Assembly (NCBI GenBank): GCA_016342585.1
Contig: JAEINK010000007.1
Location: forward strand, 40,042 to 104,041
DNA from: Spirochaetales bacterium
GTDB lineage: Bacteria; Spirochaetota; Spirochaetia; UBA9216
Reading direction: 5' to 3'
Length of the DNA stretch: 64,000 bases
Positions 9,687 to 18,079 of the stretch are shown here, piece by piece (the stretch's first letter is position 1; each line of letters begins with the position of its first letter). A program made the translations under genes and the position numbers. Under the pieces are notes generated by a model. That model was not told the DNA's origin and ran no database searches. It saw only the letters and a list, made by a program, of their open reading frames with translations.

Positions 9687-10385
9687 ATGGGAGTTTTTAC
9701 AAGATTCAAGGATATTATCGGGGCCAATATAAATTCAATTCTGGATAAGGCCGAAGATCCTGAAAAGATGATTAGATTGATGATGCAGGAAATGGAAGAT
9801 ACCATGGTAGAGCTTAAAACATCTTGTGCAGAGAAGATCGCGACTGTTAAATCCATGGAAAGAGAGAAGCTTGGACTTCTTGACCTGTTGAAAAGATGGG
9901 ATGCAAGGGCTAAACTTGCTGTAGAGACAGGTAAAGATGATCTTGCCAGGGAAGCTCTTCATGAGAAGAGAACCTGTACGAATCAGCTTGAGTTTATTGA
10001 AAAAGAGATAGCTCATGTTGAGGGGATAGTCAATGAATCCAAGGCTCACATAGTACAGCTGGAAGAGAAACTTGAGCAGGTCAGCCAGAAACACAGGCTC
10101 CTGATTCAGAGAGGAATTCATGCGCAGGATAAGAAGAGAGCCAAGGAGACCATGTACTACGCAACCGGAGCCGATGCCATGAGAAGGTTTGATGATATGG
10201 AGAACCGGATCGAAAGAATGGAAGCCGAGGCAGACCTTGCCGGTTCGACTACTTCAAGAGAGAGTGATCTTGAACGAGAGTTCAGTAAGATGGAAAACTC
10301 TTCCGAGGTAGAGGATGAGCTGGCCGCTCTGAAGAAGAAGATGGGGCAGAAGGATTCTGCAAAGAGCAGTGGAAGTAAAGAATAG
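9687..10385 (+). CDS. pspA: Phage shock protein A (PspA/IM30 family)
   Basis: MGVFTRFKDIIGANINSILDKAEDPEKMIRLMMQEMEDT is the canonical PspA N-terminus. The rest is coiled-coil. RBS ggagg. Confidence 0.9.
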   Translation: MGVFTRFKDIIGANINSILDKAEDPEKMIRLMMQEMEDTMVELKTSCAEKIATVKSMEREKLGLLDLLKRWDARAKLAVETGKDDLAREALHEKRTCTNQLEFIEKEIAHVEGIVNESKAHIVQLEEKLEQVSQKHRLLIQRGIHAQDKKRAKETMYYATGADAMRRFDDMENRIERMEAEADLAGSTTSRESDLEREFSKMENSSEVEDELAALKKKMGQKDSAKSSGSKE

Positions 10386-10420
10386 TGTATACCTGTGGCG
10401 CACGAAGATGGAGGTGTGGA

Positions 10421-10741
10421 ATGTATTCAAATAACCAGCGAAAACTTTACCGTTCGAGAGACGGGGTTATGTTCGGTGTATGCCAGGGGTTTGCAGATTG
10501 GAGAGAGCTTCCAGTAGCACCTGTACGGTTTCTGTTCATACTGATTGCTCTTTTTACAGCCGTTGTACCCTGCCTGCTGATTTACTTTGGTCTGGCCATG
10601 TTTCTTCCCCTGGAACCCAGGAAGAGAGACCGGGATGATCGCTGGGAATCTGGTAGACCCGAAGATGATGGCGGGAAATCCCGTCGAGGTAAAGATAGGG
10701 AAAGAGATTGGGACCAGCGGTTCTATGACGGTCCTAAATGA
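10421..10741 (+). CDS. pspC: PspC-domain membrane protein
   Basis: KLYRSRDGVMFGVCQGFADWRELPVAPVRFLFIL is a PspC domain followed by a TM helix. The ATG at 10421 follows ggaggtg. The tracked start 10385 is a GTG overlapping the pspA stop. Confidence 0.75.
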   Translation: MYSNNQRKLYRSRDGVMFGVCQGFADWRELPVAPVRFLFILIALFTAVVPCLLIYFGLAMFLPLEPRKRDRDDRWESGRPEDDGGKSRRGKDRERDWDQRFYDGPK

Positions 10742-11748
10742 TATTAGATAAACCGGGAGATAGAGGAGCAGGCACCATTACCGTAAAGCAACCGGTGCTT
10801 GTTCTCGCTCCCATGGCAGAGATAACCCATTCAGCCTTCCGTCATCTGACGGAAGGTTTTGGTGGTTGTGACCTCTATTATACAGAAATGCTGTCGGTTG
10901 GTGCCCTTCTGAATGTTTCTCCCTACGAAAAATTTTATACGGATCTGCTTCCCCTTCCTTCAAAGACTATAATTCAGTTCGTAGGGGAAGAGCCGGAGTA
11001 CTTTCACCGGGCGGCTGTGAAAATGGCCGGGACAGGGGCAGCAGGTTTTGACATTAACATGGGCTGCAGTATCGGAACCATCCGGAATAAAGGGTGGGGG
11101 ATCGAGTTAATGTCTCAGCCGGAGAAGGTGCGGGAGATCCTGCGGGGGGTGCGTTCTGCGGCTCCGGATAAAAGTCTCTCGGTAAAGCTTCGTCTGGGAA
11201 TTATGGAAGATGAAAAATCCCTCTTCAACTTCTGTGAGTTGCTTCTTGAAGAGGGCGTCGATTTCATAAGCCTGAACCCCAAGACCGGTCGTGAGGGGCG
11301 AAACAGGACGGGAAGATGGGAGTGGGTTTCTCTGCTCCAGAAGAGGCTTCCCATCCCTGTTTTTGGCAACAGCGATATAACAGGATGGGAAAGTTACAGG
11401 CGCAAGGTTGAGACGGCCACCCCTGCCGGGGTCATGATCGGCCGAGGCGCAGCCGCCTGCCCCTGGATTTTCGCGTTGATCAAGGGGCGGGAGAAATCTA
11501 CGGATTTCAAGATGGAAATAAACCTCAAAGAGACAGCGGAAGATTTTTTTAGACTGTTAAAAAAATATCAGCCGGATGATTTTCATCTATCAAGATCACG
11601 ACGATTCTTTTTTTATTATTGTGAAAATCTGAAATTCAGTCATAGAACACGATATGATATTCAAAATTCTTCATCTTTGAACTGTGTTGAAGATTTAATC
11701 TTTTCGTATTTCGAAAGGAACCCCGAAGAGGTTTGTCGTATTTTTTAG
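10738..11748 (+). CDS. tRNA-dihydrouridine synthase (Dus family)
   Basis: LAPMAEITHSAFR, DINMGC and a TIM-barrel FMN pattern. Its ATG overlaps the pspC stop (ATGA). Confidence 0.8.
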   Translation: MILDKPGDRGAGTITVKQPVLVLAPMAEITHSAFRHLTEGFGGCDLYYTEMLSVGALLNVSPYEKFYTDLLPLPSKTIIQFVGEEPEYFHRAAVKMAGTGAAGFDINMGCSIGTIRNKGWGIELMSQPEKVREILRGVRSAAPDKSLSVKLRLGIMEDEKSLFNFCELLLEEGVDFISLNPKTGREGRNRTGRWEWVSLLQKRLPIPVFGNSDITGWESYRRKVETATPAGVMIGRGAAACPWIFALIKGREKSTDFKMEINLKETAEDFFRLLKKYQPDDFHLSRSRRFFFYYCENLKFSHRTRYDIQNSSSLNCVEDLIFSYFERNPEEVCRIF

Positions 11749-11749
11749 T

Positions 11750-13054
11750 CTATTTCTTTAAGAATCTTTCGGAAAATTCCATCGCCGCCACGGGTGGACT
11801 TACTATATAACCCTGAATCATATTACATCCTTCCTTTATAAGAAGATCAAACTGATCCTGATGTTCCACGCCCTCGGCCAGGGTAATAAGACCGAAGCTC
11901 TTAGAAATAGATTGAATAGCCTTCACAACATCCAGGTTTTTTTGATTTGTTAAAATATCATCGACAAACTCTTTTGCTATTTTTAGGGTATCAATTGGAA
12001 GCTGATGCAGATAGCTTAAAGATGAGTAGCCTGTCCCGAAATCATCGAGCATAATTTTAATTCCCATATCTCTTAGTTCATCGAGTTTTTTGACTATTTC
12101 CTCTGGTTCATCCATCAAGGTTGATTCGGTTACTTCAAGATGAAGACACTCCCCATCCATATCAAGAGATTCCAGTACACTCCTCACATTCTCTATATAG
12201 TGGGAATATTCAAGCTGAATGGAAGAGACATTGACCGATACCGTAATGTTGAAACCGGTTTCCTCCCTCCATTTTTTTACCTGAAGAATGGAACTGTAGA
12301 GAATCCAGTGTCCAAGAGTGTTTATCAGCCCTGTCTCTTCAGCTATTGGGATGAAGCTATCCGGTGAAACAGATCCGAACCCGGGAGCGTCCCAGCGCAT
12401 GAGGGCCTCACAGGAAAGGACCTCTTTGTCTTCATTAACCAAAGGCTGATAGACAATATGGAAACCCTGGAGGTTGTTTCCCACTGCTTTTGTCATTATG
12501 GTTTCAAGGGTTCTTCTTCTATTATGAGCCTCTCCCAGCGCCTGAGAGTATATATAACCCTGATCATGGCGTTGTTCAAAAATACCTAAAGCAATCTCTG
12601 AATTATCCATAAGTTCTTCGACGGTCTCTGCATGGGTTGGATAGAGGGCCATTCCCATATGACATCCGAAGGAGAGATCTGAGGCTGGCTGGTTATATGG
12701 TTCCGAGATTTTATCCATCAGGTTTTGAAAAAATGGGTCTAACTCTTCTTCTGAATTGACCCCAGGAATTATAACAAGAAATTCATCGCTTCGATCAGAT
12801 TGAAAAAGAAACTCCTCTCCTACGATCTCTTTGATTCGCTGGGCTGTTATATACAGTAGTATTTTCTGACGATCTCTATAGTGGCGGATTCTCTGGTAAT
12901 GCTCGTCCATTCGGATTATTCCATATGCAAATGGAGATTTTGGATTTTCTCTTATTCGTCGGCTTAAATTCTGGAGGAGTATATGACGACTATATAAACC
13001 CGTATCCGGATCCCTTTTAAGGAGTTCGTTGAGTTTATCTACATTATCAGTCAT
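11750..13054 (-). CDS. Degenerate-GGDEF / EAL-domain c-di-GMP phosphodiesterase
   Basis: The GGDEF position reads SDRSDEF, which is presumably inactive. The EAL domain has EALMRW, DDFGTGYSSLSYL, KIAKEF and EGVE. Confidence 0.85.
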   Translation of the reverse strand: MTDNVDKLNELLKRDPDTGLYSRHILLQNLSRRIRENPKSPFAYGIIRMDEHYQRIRHYRDRQKILLYITAQRIKEIVGEEFLFQSDRSDEFLVIIPGVNSEEELDPFFQNLMDKISEPYNQPASDLSFGCHMGMALYPTHAETVEELMDNSEIALGIFEQRHDQGYIYSQALGEAHNRRRTLETIMTKAVGNNLQGFHIVYQPLVNEDKEVLSCEALMRWDAPGFGSVSPDSFIPIAEETGLINTLGHWILYSSILQVKKWREETGFNITVSVNVSSIQLEYSHYIENVRSVLESLDMDGECLHLEVTESTLMDEPEEIVKKLDELRDMGIKIMLDDFGTGYSSLSYLHQLPIDTLKIAKEFVDDILTNQKNLDVVKAIQSISKSFGLITLAEGVEHQDQFDLLIKEGCNMIQGYIVSPPVAAMEFSERFLKK

Positions 13055-13183
13055 TAATTCAAGCTCTATACGAGCTGTTCTTAATTCGTCTTCACACCTC
13101 GAAATGGGGAGACTCCTTTTTCTGGGTTGATTGTTTATCTACTTATAATTATAAGTTTCATATCGTTGAAAAGTCAAATTTCG

Positions 13184-14491
13184 TTAAGGATTATTATACA
13201 TTTTCAGTATTTCAAAGAAGATAAATGCACCCGGGAGTTCCGGGAACAATCTGATAAGGGCTCTTTTTTCCATATTGTTTTTTGCTGTACCTGTTATTAT
13301 CTCCCCGGCCTTTATCAACTCGTAGGGGGAGAGTTTTTCCCTCATATTTTCCGGATTTAATTCCCGCATTTTTACTTTTATTAAATGAAAAAATTCCTGA
13401 AAAACCGGTTTTTCCACGGCGGGTCTGCTTTTCTCAACTTCCATATACCGGGAATAGATTAAATCAAGTAGATTGTCATAGTCATACAATGTAATCCTTG
13501 GGAGCTTTAAGGCCAGGGCCGCACATTCTGTGAGGGCTGGTATGGGATTTTTCCAGTATCGGTACTCTTTCGGGAGAATCTCTTTAAGAATCGGTTCCTT
13601 TGATGGTACTCCATATTCACGGATCATCCCTTGGATTTCAGGTGAATACAGATATGTGGTAAGCTTGTTTTCCGTATGAAGATTCGGTTTATAGAAGTAT
13701 TTCAAACCCTCATTTTTTCCAAATATCTTCATTGTATCAAGATATCCAAGATTCTGGTTCTCTTTTATCTGCACAGGATTAAAGTCGAGTATTCCGCCCG
13801 TGTCCATGGAGTTTTTTATATAGATGGTTTCCGTTCCTGCGATTTCAGGTCTTCGGTTTAGACCCAGACCGGAAATATCGATCACAATAAACCTTTTGTA
13901 ACCCCGTCCCTTCATCATATGAAAAGGGATATTGTCGTGGAAGGCCCCATCCAGATACTTTTTCCCCTTAATTTCGGTTGTTTTGAACACGGGTAGAGAT
14001 GAGGAGGCAAGAAGGAAATGCTCCAGCATTCCCTCTTTTATATCATTGAGAAAGAGCTCTTCCGGTCGAAAGTCCGTCCTGTTAACCGTGACTATCCCAA
14101 GGTCAAAACCCCGGTTTCGGATTTTTTCCTCATTAAGGTTTTCCTTGATGAGATTTTTAAGGGGGGTTGTATCCAGGAGAATCCCATTTTTCCATGCCGA
14201 GCTTAGAATTTGAGGATCCGTAAGAACATCCCGGCTTAAATGAATCCGGCCATTCTTGATGAGCTTTTCGGGAATCTCGACAACCTTATTGATGTTGATG
14301 CTTTCCCATATTTTTTCTGCTGTTTTAAAATCATCCTGCCCGATTAAAGCCGCATTTAATGCACCTATAGACGCCCCGGCTGCCGCAAGGATGGGGATTT
14401 TCTCCTCTTCCAGGGCCCGCCATGCTCCTATCTGATAAGCTCCCTTAGTGCCTCCGCCGGCAAGGATGACCGTATACCCGTCTTTTTTCAT
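13184..14491 (-). CDS. Patatin-like phospholipase with a roughly 200-aa C-terminal extension
   Basis: Oxyanion GGGTKGAYQIG, nucleophile GASIGA (GxSxG) and DGAF catalytic Asp motif. Starts 4 nt after the upstream lipoprotein stop. Confidence 0.85.
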   Translation of the reverse strand: MKKDGYTVILAGGGTKGAYQIGAWRALEEEKIPILAAAGASIGALNAALIGQDDFKTAEKIWESININKVVEIPEKLIKNGRIHLSRDVLTDPQILSSAWKNGILLDTTPLKNLIKENLNEEKIRNRGFDLGIVTVNRTDFRPEELFLNDIKEGMLEHFLLASSSLPVFKTTEIKGKKYLDGAFHDNIPFHMMKGRGYKRFIVIDISGLGLNRRPEIAGTETIYIKNSMDTGGILDFNPVQIKENQNLGYLDTMKIFGKNEGLKYFYKPNLHTENKLTTYLYSPEIQGMIREYGVPSKEPILKEILPKEYRYWKNPIPALTECAALALKLPRITLYDYDNLLDLIYSRYMEVEKSRPAVEKPVFQEFFHLIKVKMRELNPENMREKLSPYELIKAGEIITGTAKNNMEKRALIRLFPELPGAFIFFEILKMYNNP

Positions 14492-14495
14492 TCGT

Positions 14496-16646
14496 CTACT
14501 CTTTTACAATTAATGTAATCCTTACCCCCGAACCTTGTGTAAATCGGCGGTAGATTTTTCCTGCTGTTGAATTGTCTTTACAGTATATATTGGATGCAGG
14601 TTCATGTTCTGTGAATACCAGATTCCCGGTGGAGATCGAGCCACCCGAGGTTTCGTTTTGGTAATACCAGGGGCCTGAAAGTTCTACATCTCCATTATCA
14701 TCAAGGAAATCAAAATTGTTGAAATTTACAGCACCAAGACTGTATGTGAGGTTATTTCCCTCTATTCCCGAGTTGGATGGAAAGGCAGAATCACGGTTAA
14801 ACTGAAACCCCTCTTCGTCTATTATATTATCTGAAAGGATAACAGCGGTCCCCCAATCGGCAAGAAGATCTTCAAAGGTTTTTGGATCGATAGAAGCGCC
14901 TGAATAATTGTTTACCGCATCGGTTACAGCCTCTGTCCCATAGAAATTGTTCTGAACTATCTCCTTAAAGAGTTCCGCCCCGCCATAGTTCCTGGCGAGG
15001 TATGCACCGAAGGAGTAGGCCGAGGAGTAGTTCATAAGGACTCCCCCATAATCTTGATAGGAATCCCAGGAGGTAAGAGAATCATCATTATAATAGTTAT
15101 ACAGGGGAATCCTTCCATCCGTGTTTCCCGGATCACCCTCTGTGTAGTCTGTTCCCGGAATTCCCCGGGGACCGGTAACAGCCATCTTATCGGAGACGAG
15201 ATCTTCGGCGATCATGGAACACATTTCGTTCAGCCAGGTATCAGTATTACTGCTGTAACCCTCGCGAATATTATTCTGATAGAAATTTATCATGTGCTGA
15301 AACTCATGGGCCAGGGTGGAAATCTGGTCCTGGGGATAGTAATTGGTTACAGCCCAAGTGTCTCTCGGACGTTGTGTTTCGGAATTATCGGGACAAGCAT
15401 AAACCGGGGCGTCAATGAAAAACATTATTCTTTGGTTTGAATTTATAGTATCTCTATTCTGCTCCGACCAGAAATAACCGGCAGTATAATACCCCTGCTC
15501 CAGATCGTAAGGTGCTTCAGTTCCTCCTCCATCTCCATCGATATCGTATAGTAAGATTGTTATCTCATCATTGTTGCCTATATATGAGGAGTTATCGTGT
15601 TCACCCCATTCATCTCCAAAGATTCCTGTGATCCATTCATAAATTTTATCTTCACCCTCTTTCAGGAAGGCATCGGCCATGGCATTTACTTTGGTCTCAT
15701 CTACAAGAAAGGCTTTTGTTTCAGAATCTTCCCAGCAGTCATCAGCTACCCATATGTTTAGTTGCACATCTGGTTTTGTGATAACAGCTCGGCAGGTAGC
15801 CTCAATGGAGCCATCAGAATAGGTTTGAAATGAAATATCTGTTTTACCTACAACATCTTCACTTGCCGGCCAATCTGTAACGGCACGGGATATACTTCTT
15901 GGTAACCAAGCTAATGAAGAGTCGGTTTCCTTTTCCAAGGTTTCCGGAAGACCTCTGATCCCCACGGGGTAGGTAGGGGTCCACTCTTTTTTCACTGATG
16001 GAGAAGGATTGGATTCAATCGTTCTTGCAGTTGAGGTAGAGGTTTCAACAGCATTCAGCTCTTCTATCTCCGGCCGGATACCCGGCTCTTCTGTTCCATT
16101 GGTAAAAAGATAGTATATCTCGTGATCCGATTCTCCATCGTTAGTAAGTTCTGTTAGATCAAGTTCATAATAGAAACTCTCTATCCCCGTAGATGGAACT
16201 GTTTCGATCAGATACCCTTTGTCTGTCGAGGTGTAAATAGTTTTTATATAGGCTGTCTGGCTATAAGCGGTTTTATTTTCGGCATTGTCTTTAACAACCA
16301 GGTTAAAGTAGGTTGTTCCTGCAAAATCAATATCTGAAACATCAACGACTAAACTCGCCAGATCAGGGTACCATCGTGTTACCTCTTCTCCAGATGCGAT
16401 GATCGAATCCAGATCTGGAAGAGGTACATCGGATGAGTAGAGCATATATTCGAGGTTTCGATCCGAGGTAGAATTATCACTGGCGGAATTCCAGGAAAAT
16501 TTAATCTCGGAGGTATTTGCTGACACGATAATGAGTTGATCCGAATCTATAATTTCCGGGGCCTGGATGTCGTTTCTATCGGTACACCCTGAAAATAATG
16601 AGATTAAGAAAATTATTGTTGTAAAACCAAAGATGACCTTTTTCAT
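14496..16646 (-). CDS. Lipoprotein with HExxH zinc-metalloprotease motif (gluzincin, possibly M30 hyicolysin-like)
   Basis: Signal peptide plus lipobox LFSGC. An FN3-like N-terminal segment is present. HEFQHM is followed about 25 aa later by NEMCS, a candidate third ligand. Confidence 0.6.
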   Translation of the reverse strand: MKKVIFGFTTIIFLISLFSGCTDRNDIQAPEIIDSDQLIIVSANTSEIKFSWNSASDNSTSDRNLEYMLYSSDVPLPDLDSIIASGEEVTRWYPDLASLVVDVSDIDFAGTTYFNLVVKDNAENKTAYSQTAYIKTIYTSTDKGYLIETVPSTGIESFYYELDLTELTNDGESDHEIYYLFTNGTEEPGIRPEIEELNAVETSTSTARTIESNPSPSVKKEWTPTYPVGIRGLPETLEKETDSSLAWLPRSISRAVTDWPASEDVVGKTDISFQTYSDGSIEATCRAVITKPDVQLNIWVADDCWEDSETKAFLVDETKVNAMADAFLKEGEDKIYEWITGIFGDEWGEHDNSSYIGNNDEITILLYDIDGDGGGTEAPYDLEQGYYTAGYFWSEQNRDTINSNQRIMFFIDAPVYACPDNSETQRPRDTWAVTNYYPQDQISTLAHEFQHMINFYQNNIREGYSSNTDTWLNEMCSMIAEDLVSDKMAVTGPRGIPGTDYTEGDPGNTDGRIPLYNYYNDDSLTSWDSYQDYGGVLMNYSSAYSFGAYLARNYGGAELFKEIVQNNFYGTEAVTDAVNNYSGASIDPKTFEDLLADWGTAVILSDNIIDEEGFQFNRDSAFPSNSGIEGNNLTYSLGAVNFNNFDFLDDNGDVELSGPWYYQNETSGGSISTGNLVFTEHEPASNIYCKDNSTAGKIYRRFTQGSGVRITLIVKE

Positions 16647-16830
16647 TTGCGTTCTTCCTATATCTAATATAGTACAGAATACCTGAATCTACTTAGTCTC
16701 AATTGTAAGATTTACATAGAATTTACAATTATATATGTATAGCTGCCAATATGTTACCTGGAAACTTATTAATCAAATAAATTCTTTGATTTTTTTTAGA
16801 ATAGTTGTGATAATGGAATTAGAGGTAGAG

Positions 16831-18066
16831 ATGAAGAAAATACTTATAGTTGATGAATCAAAGCTTTTCCGCAGTTATCTTGTGGGAAAACTTGAAGATC
16901 AGGGTTTTGAAGTTGTAGAGGCAAAGAATGGGCTCGACGGCAGTATTAAGATGCGTAATGAAATGCCCGATTTGATTCTGATGGATTTTTTCCTTTCAAG
17001 AAGGAGCAGCCAGGAGTTGTTGGCTGAGAGAGCTGCCAATCCGAATGTATCGAAAGTTCCGGTCATTATGATCTCCAACAAGATCAGCAAGGAACAAATA
17101 ATTCAGGTTTCGCGCTATAATATCGTTAAATTTTTTAATAAACCTCTGAAAATAGATGCCTTCCTGAATACTGTCTCCGAACTTCTGAATGTCTCTGTGA
17201 CTATCGATAATACACCCTGTATCATCGAAGCTCATTTCAATGATGATATCCTGTTTGTGGAAATTGCGCGGGGACTGAATAAGGAAAAAATTGAACTTTT
17301 AAGTTTTAAAATTCGGGAACTGCTGGAATTATATGAAGTCAAGAGCCCCAAGATCCTCGTCATGATGAGTAATCTGGAAATTGGGCCCTCTGAATCGGAA
17401 AAGCTGGAAGCTCTACTGAATGTTCTGAAGGAAGAGACCGGGAGTCCAAATAAGTATATAAAAATACTTACCTCTATTGAATATGTAAATAAATATGTAA
17501 ATGAGCATGGTGAGCTTAAAGGGATCGGGGTTGCCGATTCTCTTGATAAAGCGATGGATGATCTGATAGGAATTAAGGCCGATAATATTGCTCACGATAC
17601 CGCTGCGGCAAAGCTGCTTACCAAAACAGCTCCCCGTTCCAATAAACAGGAGTCCATAGAGTTAAGATTTCAGCAGGAGAGCCTTGCGGGTGGACGGGAT
17701 ATTAATATCGCTGTTGTGGATGATGATTTAATCATTCAGGAACTGGTTAAAACGGTTGTCGGTGAGGCTGGTTGGAGCTGTTCTGTTTTTGAAAATGGAA
17801 AACTATTTGTAGATAGTGTCAAAGATGCTTCCGATTTTGATGTTGTTTTTCTTGATCTTGTCATGCCGGAAATGAATGGTTTTGAAGTCCTGCATAATTT
17901 GAAACAGAGGGGAATTAAAATTCCTATAATTATCTTCTCCGCACTCACAAAAAAGGAGACTGTGGCGAAAGCAGTCAGCTATGGGGTGAAAAGTTATATA
18001 ATTAAACCTATTAAGCCGGATAAGCTTTTCCGTAAAGCCACAGAAGTGCTAAAGGCTAACTTCTAA
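16831..18066 (+). CDS. Response regulator with two receiver domains flanking an unassigned central domain
   Basis: REC1 is KKILIVDES...PDLILMDFFL...FFNKP. REC2 is NIAVVDDD...VVFLDLVMPEMNG...YIIKP. About 170 aa between them is unassigned. I prefer the ATG at 16831 (MKKILIVDE) over the tracked 16735. Confidence 0.8.
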   Translation: MKKILIVDESKLFRSYLVGKLEDQGFEVVEAKNGLDGSIKMRNEMPDLILMDFFLSRRSSQELLAERAANPNVSKVPVIMISNKISKEQIIQVSRYNIVKFFNKPLKIDAFLNTVSELLNVSVTIDNTPCIIEAHFNDDILFVEIARGLNKEKIELLSFKIRELLELYEVKSPKILVMMSNLEIGPSESEKLEALLNVLKEETGSPNKYIKILTSIEYVNKYVNEHGELKGIGVADSLDKAMDDLIGIKADNIAHDTAAAKLLTKTAPRSNKQESIELRFQQESLAGGRDINIAVVDDDLIIQELVKTVVGEAGWSCSVFENGKLFVDSVKDASDFDVVFLDLVMPEMNGFEVLHNLKQRGIKIPIIIFSALTKKETVAKAVSYGVKSYIIKPIKPDKLFRKATEVLKANF

Positions 18067-18079
18067 GCGTGGAGGAGCA

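Noticed and set aside
11750-14491. A CBASS-like reading of the patatin lipase as a CapV-type effector next to a cyclic-nucleotide enzyme.
   Set aside because: No CD-NTase or SMODS cyclase and no SAVED or STING sensor is present. The neighbour is an ordinary GGDEF-EAL protein separated by 129 bp, and the patatin is coupled to a lipoprotein instead.
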